DNA of 64,000 bases from an uncultured Pseudomonadota bacterium (lineage in GTDB: Bacteria > Myxococcota_A > Polyangia > Fen-1088). The stretch is from NCBI GenBank assembly GCA_963723305.1, contig CAVRRT010000124.1, positions 2,857-66,856 on the forward strand. The letters are read 5' to 3'. This document shows positions 56,921 to 64,000 of the stretch, one piece after another. Under the pieces are notes generated by a model that worked only from the letters and a program-made list of their open reading frames with translations, was not told the DNA's origin and ran no database searches. Made by a program: the position numbers and the translations under genes. Numbering within the stretch: position 1 is the stretch's first letter; each line of letters begins with the position of its first letter.

Positions 56921-58909
56921 TCACCGCCCCGCGGGGTAGGAGAGAAAGATTCGTTTCTGGACGTTGCGGGGAGTTGTTTCGCCTGGTGGTGGGCTGTCGT
57001 TTTCGAGCCGGTAGGCGTCGAACCGGACGATCCGGTCTCCCGGCCGGTGCGTGCGCTGGGGGTAGCGCAGGATCCATTCGAGGAAGGCCTGATGATAGGC
57101 GGGTTGATCGGGAATGCGGACCGAGTAGTTGAAGAAGAACGAATCGTTGTCGAGGCGTGAGGGGATCTCGTCGGTGCCCGGGTCCGGGATGCGGCCGGCG
57201 ACCTCGCTGTAGGGGTCCACACGTCGACCGTCGGCGGTGATCGCCTCTACCACCGTCGATTCGTCGGACATCGGCGCGTCGGAGGCGAACATCGACCAGG
57301 CCTGGATGAAGCGCGGATAGGCGACCAGCCGCTTGACCCAGCCCGGTTCGTCGAACTTGAGGAACTTGGGGACGACCTGATTGATGAACAGCGCCTCGTT
57401 GACGATCGTGATCAGCATCGCCAGGACGAACGCTTCCCGGAGGATCGCCACCAGCCGCCCCAGCCACATGACGGCCGGCGCGCGGGATGGCGGGGGTAGA
57501 GGAAGCGCCGGCGCGGACGCGGCGCGGGGGACGCCGCAAGCGGCGAGGCCGAGCCAATACGAGATAGCCTGCCGCCGCCTGGCGAAGAGATCGTACCCCC
57601 AGTTGGCCAGCCCCCGCAGCCCGGGGATCCTCAGCGGCCAGGCCCAGAGCCAGCCGACCGGCAGCGCCCGGAGGATCTGCGCCACCGCGTCGGCGCGCGT
57701 GGTCCGGCGTCCGCGCTCGTCGACGGCGACGATGGTGCTGACCAGCAGCTCGGGCTCGATGGGAGGCAAGACTTCCGGCGAGACCTCGGATGACGCCTCG
57801 GCGCTCGAGACGAGGCGGATCCGATCGAGGAGGTCGAGGCGGGCGACGAGACGCGCGATCTGGAAGCAGACGCCGCAGCCGGCGTCGAAGTAGACCGTCA
57901 GACGCCGCCGGCCGCGCGCCGCCAGCCTTCCGAACAGGGCCCATTCGGAGGCGGTGAGCAGGAACGGCACGTAGCCGATCATCGTCCAGGAGAAGATCCC
58001 CAGATTGATGAAGCACTGGAACCCGATGTGCAGCCCGATGACCGCCAGCACCGCCGCCCGCCGCGTCCAGGTCCGAAAGATCGGGGACAGGATGAGCACC
58101 GGCAGCACGCTTTCGGTCGCCAGGGCGCTCCAGGAGAACAGCCGTGACAGCGCGGGCGTCATGTGCGGGCGCATCCAGACCCCGAGCCAGGTCACCATCC
58201 GGTTCTGGTAAAGGACGTAGTGGACCGCCGTCCCCTGCCGCCAGGTCGGCCCCCCCTTCTGGATGGCGTTGAAGAAATAGGAGATGGCGAGCTGCAGCAG
58301 GATGGTGAACGCCGCCAGCGAGACCACGCGGTTGACGTCGGCGCCGGTGTCGACCAGCGGATCGGCCGGTCGCGGCCGCATCGCCGCCCGGTCGGCGAGC
58401 TCGGCGGCGGTCGTCTCGCGGCGGAGGCGGAGGCTCTCCCGCACGGCGTCGACCGAGAACCGCCGGCCGAGCGGCAGGAGGGCCGACCAGATGATCAGCT
58501 CGCAGAGCATCCAGTCGCCGCCGTTCTCGACCAGCGTGACCCGCGCGTGCAGGCTGATGAGGCAGATCGGGGCCAGGAACCGCATCAGCGTGGTCCGCCA
58601 GCCGACCAGGAACGCGAGATAGACGAACCCGCAGATCAGAAAGCAGAGGATCGCCTCGTCCCGCAGCGAGGCCAGGAAGAAGAACGAGAACATCCACTGC
58701 GTCGGCGGCCGCCAGAGCAGCGTGTGGTTCGGCAGCAGGCCATCGTTCGTATAGAAGAGGTCCAGCACCGGAACGCGACGCAGGAGATCGACGAGCAAGA
58801 CGATCGCCACCACCACGCGCCCCAGGCCCAGGCTGCGGGCGTCGATGGTCAGGTACTTGTCGACGAACCAGCGGCGAAACGCGGTGAGACGCTTGCTGGC
58901 CGGTGTCAT
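56921..58909 (-). CDS. HTTM-domain membrane protein fused to a DCC-type (DUF393) thiol-disulfide oxidoreductase motif, paralog B
   Basis: ATG 58909 (ATGA overlap with paralog A). N-terminal HTTM-like polytopic region ([22 protein letters not shown]...). [16 protein letters not shown] CxxC motif. Conserved C-terminal domain. Confidence 0.6.
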   Translation of the reverse strand: MTPASKRLTAFRRWFVDKYLTIDARSLGLGRVVVAIVLLVDLLRRVPVLDLFYTNDGLLPNHTLLWRPPTQWMFSFFFLASLRDEAILCFLICGFVYLAFLVGWRTTLMRFLAPICLISLHARVTLVENGGDWMLCELIIWSALLPLGRRFSVDAVRESLRLRRETTAAELADRAAMRPRPADPLVDTGADVNRVVSLAAFTILLQLAISYFFNAIQKGGPTWRQGTAVHYVLYQNRMVTWLGVWMRPHMTPALSRLFSWSALATESVLPVLILSPIFRTWTRRAAVLAVIGLHIGFQCFINLGIFSWTMIGYVPFLLTASEWALFGRLAARGRRRLTVYFDAGCGVCFQIARLVARLDLLDRIRLVSSAEASSEVSPEVLPPIEPELLVSTIVAVDERGRRTTRADAVAQILRALPVGWLWAWPLRIPGLRGLANWGYDLFARRRQAISYWLGLAACGVPRAASAPALPLPPPSRAPAVMWLGRLVAILREAFVLAMLITIVNEALFINQVVPKFLKFDEPGWVKRLVAYPRFIQAWSMFASDAPMSDESTVVEAITADGRRVDPYSEVAGRIPDPGTDEIPSRLDNDSFFFNYSVRIPDQPAYHQAFLEWILRYPQRTHRPGDRIVRFDAYRLENDSPPPGETTPRNVQKRIFLSYPAGR

Positions 58910-60831
58910 GGCCAACGCAAGAACCGGCGCCTGTGCGGGTTGGTGGGGGTGTCGTCGCCGGGCGCCGGGCTGTCCTGCTGGACGACGTAGGCGTCGAACC
59001 GCTTGATCTCGTCCTTCGGGTCGCCGGTCCGCTCCGGATAGCGGAGGATCCACTCGATGAACGCCCCGTGGAGCACGCCGGCCTCCGGGATGCGCAGCGT
59101 GTAGTCGCACCAGAACGAGCTGTGGCCGAGGCGCACCGGCACGCTGGAGATCGGAATGTCAGCGACCCGGCTGCCGATCTCGTTGTAGGGGTCGACGTGG
59201 CGCCCGTCGCGCGTCACCGCGTCGACGTAGACGGTCTCGTCGGTGAGGGGCGCATCCGGCGAGAAGAGCGACCACCCCTCGAAGGTGTGCGGGTACATGA
59301 CCGCTGCCACCATCCATCCGGGGCGATGATTGAAGCGGAACGCGGGCCCGACGGCCGGGTTGGCCACCGAGACCTCGGCCGCCAGCACGACGAAGACGAT
59401 GGCCGCGCCGAGCTCGCGCAGGAACGGCACCTGCTCGCGGAACCAGGCCCGAAGCGGCGTCTCCGGATCGGCCACCGCCGTCACCGGGGCGGCCGCCGCC
59501 GGAGGCGACGCCGGCACGCCACAGGCGGCCAGGCCGAACCAAATCGAGATCGACGTCCGATTGCGCGCGATGAGATCGTAAGCGCGGCCGCCCAGCGCGC
59601 TCACGCCGGGCAACCGCATCGGCCAGGCCCAGAGGCGCCCCAGCGGCAGCGCGGAGAAGATCTCGGCGAAGGCCGCGGCGCGCGTCCAGCGCCGATTCCG
59701 ACCGGGGTCGACGACCAGGATGGTGCGCTCGAGCAGCGCCGGATCGACGCCCGCCGGCAGCAAGGGCGCGTCGCTGTTGGGAAGGAAGGTCAGCCGCTTG
59801 TGCGCGTCCATGCGGGCGAGCACGCGCACCACGGCCCAGCAGACGCCGCAGTCGACGTCGTAGAAGACGGTGCGGGCGCGGCCACGCTTTGGGACCAGCC
59901 GGGCGAACAGCGTCCACTGCGCGTCGGTGAGCAGGAACGGCTGGAAGGCCATCATCGCCACCGAGAAGATCCCCAGGTTGACCAGGAGCGCGATGCCGCC
60001 GTGCAGGCCGATCAGCAGGACCGCAGCGACGAAGCGCGTCCAGCGCCAGAAGATCGGCGTCAGCACCAGGAACGCCGCCGACGCCTCGATGACCAGCGTC
60101 GATTCGGTCAGCAGCTTGGTGAACGCGTAGGGCGCGTGCGTGCGGACCTGCAGCCCGACCCAGGTGACGATCCGCTCCTGCCAGAGGACATAGTGAACCG
60201 CGCTCCCGTCGTGCCAGGTCGGCCCGCTCTTGTGCAGGAAGTTGAACCAGTAGATGACGGCGATCTGCAGCAGCAGCCCCAGCGCCGCCAGCGAGGTCGT
60301 CGGGCGGAGATCGGGGGGCGGCACCCCGGCCGCGAGCTCGGCCGGCGTCTCGCCGGGGCGCGCCCGGAGGCTGGCCCGGATGGCGTCGACGGAGAACCGG
60401 CGCCCGAGCGGCAGGAACGCCGTCCAGACCATCAGCACGCCGATGGCCACGCCGCCCCAGTTTTCCGCCGGCAGGATCCGGTTGTGCAGGCTGGTGGTCA
60501 TGGCCAACGACAGCAGGTGAAAGAGCCGCGTCCGGTAGCCGATCAGAAAACAGAAGAAGCAGACGAACGCCACGCAGAACCAGAGCGCCGACTCCTCCGG
60601 CAGCGAGGCCATGAAGAAGACGGAGAAGATGCGCGGGAACGGCGGCCGCCAGAGCACCGTGTGGTTGGGGATGAGCCCCAGGTTGCTGTAGAAGTCGCGC
60701 AGCCAGGGGACGCGGCGCAGGAGATCGGCGATCAACACCAACCCGAGGACGATCCGTCCCAGGGCCAGGCTGCGCGGATCGATTTGAAGATACGTTCGCC
60801 GCAACCGCTCGGCGACGGCGCCGCGGGTCAC
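58906..60831 (-). CDS. HTTM-domain membrane protein fused to a DCC-type (DUF393) motif, paralog A
   Basis: GTG 60831 (GTGA overlap with the GT2 stop). Colinear with paralog B (IDPRSLALGRIVLGLVLIADLL, FYDVDCGVCWAVVRVL, C-terminal FDAYVVQQDSPAPGDDTP). The track ORF 58906..61113 is over-extended. Confidence 0.6.
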   Translation of the reverse strand: MTRGAVAERLRRTYLQIDPRSLALGRIVLGLVLIADLLRRVPWLRDFYSNLGLIPNHTVLWRPPFPRIFSVFFMASLPEESALWFCVAFVCFFCFLIGYRTRLFHLLSLAMTTSLHNRILPAENWGGVAIGVLMVWTAFLPLGRRFSVDAIRASLRARPGETPAELAAGVPPPDLRPTTSLAALGLLLQIAVIYWFNFLHKSGPTWHDGSAVHYVLWQERIVTWVGLQVRTHAPYAFTKLLTESTLVIEASAAFLVLTPIFWRWTRFVAAVLLIGLHGGIALLVNLGIFSVAMMAFQPFLLTDAQWTLFARLVPKRGRARTVFYDVDCGVCWAVVRVLARMDAHKRLTFLPNSDAPLLPAGVDPALLERTILVVDPGRNRRWTRAAAFAEIFSALPLGRLWAWPMRLPGVSALGGRAYDLIARNRTSISIWFGLAACGVPASPPAAAAPVTAVADPETPLRAWFREQVPFLRELGAAIVFVVLAAEVSVANPAVGPAFRFNHRPGWMVAAVMYPHTFEGWSLFSPDAPLTDETVYVDAVTRDGRHVDPYNEIGSRVADIPISSVPVRLGHSSFWCDYTLRIPEAGVLHGAFIEWILRYPERTGDPKDEIKRFDAYVVQQDSPAPGDDTPTNPHRRRFLRWP

Positions 60832-61604
60832 GGCGACCCGCTCCGGCGGCGGCGCGCGGCGAGGTCGAGGCCGATGCGCCCGAGATCGGCCAGCGTCCGC
60901 CCCATCGCCAGCGGGCTCAGCTTCGATCCCTTGACGTCGTGCCAGGTGGTGAGCGGCACTTCGACGACCGCCGAGACCGGCAAGCGGGGGACGCCGTCGC
61001 CGCCGGTCAGGAGCCGCCCCAGCAGCTCGACGTCGAACGCCCAGCGCGACAGGAACGGCGTCGCCAGCGCCGCCTCCAGCGCAGGCGAGGCGCGAAACAG
61101 CTTGGCGCCACACTGGGTGTCGTAGACGCGCGCCTGCAGGATCGCCGCGGCGACGCTGGCGAAGACCCGCCCGAGGTAGTGGCGGACCGCGCTCCGTTCG
61201 ATGTCGGCCCCCAGCAGCGCCACGCGCGATCCCAGGACCGCTTCGACGCCGGGACGCTCGAACCCGGCGCGCAGGCGGAAGATCTCAGCCGGCGGCGTCG
61301 AGAGGTCGGCGTCCAGATAACCGACCACCGCCGCCCCGCGCCCGAGCGCGGCCTGCATCCCGCGGCGGACCGCCTCAGCCTTGCCGCCATTGGGCCGCAG
61401 CGACAGCACGTCGATCCGCCCGGGGCGCCGGGCGGCGATGGCCTGCAGGCGGTCGGCGGTCGCGTCCGTCGACCCGTCGTCGACGAACAGCAGCGAGGCC
61501 TCCGCACATTCGTCGAGGAAGGCCAGCAAGGGCGCTTCGTCCAGCCGTTCGGCCTCGTTGAAGCACGGAACGACCACAGTAAGGGAGGGTGCTGCCGTAT
61601 CCAT
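60828..61604 (-). CDS. Family 2 glycosyltransferase (polyprenol-phosphate sugar synthase-like)
   Basis: VVVPCFNEAERL, FVDDGSTDAT and YLDADLSTPP motifs. 258 aa. Confidence 0.75.
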   Translation of the reverse strand: MDTAAPSLTVVVPCFNEAERLDEAPLLAFLDECAEASLLFVDDGSTDATADRLQAIAARRPGRIDVLSLRPNGGKAEAVRRGMQAALGRGAAVVGYLDADLSTPPAEIFRLRAGFERPGVEAVLGSRVALLGADIERSAVRHYLGRVFASVAAAILQARVYDTQCGAKLFRASPALEAALATPFLSRWAFDVELLGRLLTGGDGVPRLPVSAVVEVPLTTWHDVKGSKLSPLAMGRTLADLGRIGLDLAARRRRSGSP

Positions 61605-61652
61605 AAGGAGGCGTTCATCTTAGACCACAATCTCAGTTAGACTGCGCGCCCG

Positions 61653-63737
61653 ATGTCGGCCGGCACCTTCGACCCCGTCCTCAATCCCGCGTTCTCGGCG
61701 GGGCCTCCCACCGAGCCGATGCCCGCTCTGCCGGAGGCGCAGCCAGCGCCTGCGCCTCCGCCGCCCGGCGCCCCGCCGCTCACCCGCGCGTTCCGATCGC
61801 TCGGCTTCCTGGCCGCCGAGGGGATGTCGCTCGGGTTCGCCGGCTGGTGCCTCCGCGCGCGCGACCACCTGCTCAACTACGTCGCCAACAACGCGATGCC
61901 GCCGGTCGCGCGCAAGTACGTGGTCGGCAACATGGCGGTCGGGGCCGTGCTTCCCGTGTTCTTGGGGCTGGTGGCGATCGTCTGGCGGCGCCTGGGCGGC
62001 CTCGACCGCGTCGAGCGGGTGGCACGCCGCCTGGCACCGCTCTGCCTGGTGGGCTTCTTGCCGATCTTCTTCCAGTGGCAGCTCTGGTACGGCGGGCGCG
62101 AGCTGACCTTCATCGTGATGGTGGGCGGCTTCCTGCTCGGCTTGCAGGCGCTGACGCGCGTCTCGCTCGAGACGCCGCCGATCCTTCCCGAGCGGTTGCG
62201 CGCCGGCTTGGGCGCCCGCCTCGGTCTGGTCGTCGCCCGGATCGGGAACGTCAAGTGGCTCCCGTTCGCCATCGTGTTCGCCGCGTTCGTGGCTTACACC
62301 ATCTACTTCTCGATCATCACCATCCAGAACCACTTCCGCCTGCAGACGATGGGGTGGGACCTCGGCATCGAGAACAACCTGGTCTGGAACGCCGCCCACT
62401 TCAACAAGCCGCTGTTCAAGACGTCGGTCATCGGCAACGCGACGTCGAGCCACATCGGCTTTCACGAGACCTATATCTCGTACCTCATCGGCATCCCCTA
62501 CCGGCTGGCGCCGCGGCCCGAGACGCTGCTGGTGCTCCAGGCGGCGCTCATCGGCGGCGCGGTCTTGCCGTTCTTCGCCTTCGCGCGCCGGCACCTGGGC
62601 GACTGGACCGCCTGCCTGCTGGCGGTGCTGATCAGTCTCTACGCGCCCCTCCACGGATCCAACCTCTACGACTTTCACTATCTGCCGTTCGCGCCCTTCT
62701 TCCTCTGGTGGTGTCTGTGGGCGCTCGAGTCGCGGCGCAACGTGATGGCCACGATCGCGGTGATTCTGACGCTCGCCACCCGCGAGGACATGTCGGCGCT
62801 GCTCCTGGTGGTCGGGCTCTACCTCATCCTGACCGGCGAGCGGCCGCGCGCGGGGCTGGTGGTCACCATCATCTCGGCGATCTACTTCGTCGGCATCAAG
62901 CTCATCCTGATGCCGCACTTCCTGAACGGCTATCCCGCCTACATCAACCAGTACGAGGGGCTGCTCCCCGAGGGGGACAGCGGCTTCGGGGGCGTCATCA
63001 AGACGGTGCTCGGGAACCCGGCCTTCACCGTCAGCAACCTGCTCGAGCACGACAAGGTCCAGTACCTGCTGGAGATCGTCGCCCCGCTGGCGTTCTTCCC
63101 CTGGCGCCGCCCGATCGGCCTCCTCTGCTCGATCCCGGGATTCTTCTTCACCATGCTGGCGACGCACTACCCGCCGCTGCTCAGCCTGTCGTTCCAGTAC
63201 ACCGCCTACTGGACCGCCTTCTACTTCATCGCCGTGGTGGCCAACCTGACCTGGCTCCGCCGCCAGGAGGCGGCCGGCGTCAGTTGGGCGCGGCGGAGCC
63301 GCCACGCCTGGGTGGTGGCGATCACGGTGGGGACGATCGTGACCTCCTACCAGTACGGCGTCGTACTCCAGCGCAACACCGCCTGGGGTGGCTTCTCGCC
63401 GTTTCACGTCGGCGTGACCGACGCCGACCGATTGCGCCATGCCGACCTCTACTCCCTCATCAAGCTGATTCCTCAGGATGCCTCCGTCGCCGCATCCGAG
63501 AACATCGTCTCCCAGGTTTCGAGCCGGTCGAACGCCTTCTCCCTCCGCATCGCCTACAACGACGCCGACTACATCCTGGTCAGGCTCCCCTCGGGGGGGG
63601 ACAATCGCAACACCCTGATCGGCGCCCTCAAGTCGGGCCACTATGGCCTGGCCGCCCAGAAGGGGGAGTTCGTGCTGTTCCGTAAGGGACTCCGCGCCGA
63701 CAGCACCGCCCCCTATCTGCGCCAGTTAGGTGCTTGA
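61653..63737 (+). CDS. DUF2079-like polytopic membrane protein (putative GT-C-type transferase)
   Basis: 694 aa. GWDLGIENNLVWN, FHETYISYL, LYDFHYLPFAPFF and TREDMSALL resemble the DUF2079 core. Confidence 0.6.
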   Translation: MSAGTFDPVLNPAFSAGPPTEPMPALPEAQPAPAPPPPGAPPLTRAFRSLGFLAAEGMSLGFAGWCLRARDHLLNYVANNAMPPVARKYVVGNMAVGAVLPVFLGLVAIVWRRLGGLDRVERVARRLAPLCLVGFLPIFFQWQLWYGGRELTFIVMVGGFLLGLQALTRVSLETPPILPERLRAGLGARLGLVVARIGNVKWLPFAIVFAAFVAYTIYFSIITIQNHFRLQTMGWDLGIENNLVWNAAHFNKPLFKTSVIGNATSSHIGFHETYISYLIGIPYRLAPRPETLLVLQAALIGGAVLPFFAFARRHLGDWTACLLAVLISLYAPLHGSNLYDFHYLPFAPFFLWWCLWALESRRNVMATIAVILTLATREDMSALLLVVGLYLILTGERPRAGLVVTIISAIYFVGIKLILMPHFLNGYPAYINQYEGLLPEGDSGFGGVIKTVLGNPAFTVSNLLEHDKVQYLLEIVAPLAFFPWRRPIGLLCSIPGFFFTMLATHYPPLLSLSFQYTAYWTAFYFIAVVANLTWLRRQEAAGVSWARRSRHAWVVAITVGTIVTSYQYGVVLQRNTAWGGFSPFHVGVTDADRLRHADLYSLIKLIPQDASVAASENIVSQVSSRSNAFSLRIAYNDADYILVRLPSGGDNRNTLIGALKSGHYGLAAQKGEFVLFRKGLRADSTAPYLRQLGA

Positions 63738-63766
63738 CCCGACTTCCGATAAGCTATTCTTTCACC

Positions 63767-64000
63767 ATGACTGCCCATGCCCAACCGCACCCTTACGGGC
63801 GCGGCCACCGGGCGCTCGAAATAGCCAGCATCGCCTTCGTTTTCCTGGCCTTGGGTTGGCTCGCGCTCCGCATCTGTCACGCGCTCGACAGCGCACGGCA
63901 GATCCTCTACGTGGCCGCCACGGGCGTCACCGGATACCTGGTGGCCGACTTCCTGTCCGGCTTCGTCCACTGGGCCGGCGACACCATCGGCGATCAGAGC
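63767..64000 (+). CDS. CarF/TMEM189-like lipid desaturase, 3'-truncated by the window edge
   Basis: ATG 63767 is open to the window end (78 codons, my own translation; absent from the ORF track). TM segments and ADFLSGFVHWAGDTIG motif resemble the start of the Kua/CarF lipid-desaturase domain. Confidence 0.4.
   Translation, partial: MTAHAQPHPYGRGHRALEIASIAFVFLALGWLALRICHALDSARQILYVAATGVTGYLVADFLSGFVHWAGDTIGDQS

Overview
High-GC (~70%) chromosomal window with about 50 protein-coding genes. I saw no rRNA, tRNA, CRISPR array, transposase or prophage genes. Gene content (PEGA-domain Ser/Thr kinase, three sigma-54 enhancer-binding proteins, HTTM proteins, CarF-like desaturase fragment) suggests a Myxococcota-type deltaproteobacterium; this is inference only. 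The core is a complete 12-gene type II secretion operon, gspC-D-E-F-G-H-I-J-K-L-M-N, on the minus strand (38924 down to 24307). It lies directly downstream of a histidine kinase plus NtrC-type sigma-54 response regulator pair. A GG-N10-GC sigma-54 promoter-like site sits in the 75-bp gap before gspC. Housekeeping genes include hisC, class II fba, malQ, a fused moaD-moaE, purL and acnA. Points worth a second look: (1) gspE carries two compensating 1-nt indels that put its Walker-A core out of frame while leaving a deceptive 686-aa ORF. gspK has a frameshift in a G4 run, and gspN has a suspicious poly-Pro tail. (2) A DUF1588/1592-like gene has at least 7 indels next to an intact partner gene. 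(3) Two copies of a 106-bp MITE with CTAG/TA ends (IS630-like) sit in inverted orientation around a lower-GC DUF962 gene, and each overlaps a TAG stop codon. (4) A self-contained sigma-54 promoter / small secreted Lys-Asp-rich peptide / strong terminator unit is followed by a ~265-bp array of 15/19-bp GATC-containing tandem repeats and a ~105-bp hairpin. (5) A 13-bp x6 tandem array lies between convergent genes. (6) A GT2 / tandem HTTM-DCC paralogs / DUF2079 / CarF-like envelope locus is translationally coupled. All functional calls come from motif recognition by eye; no database search was run.
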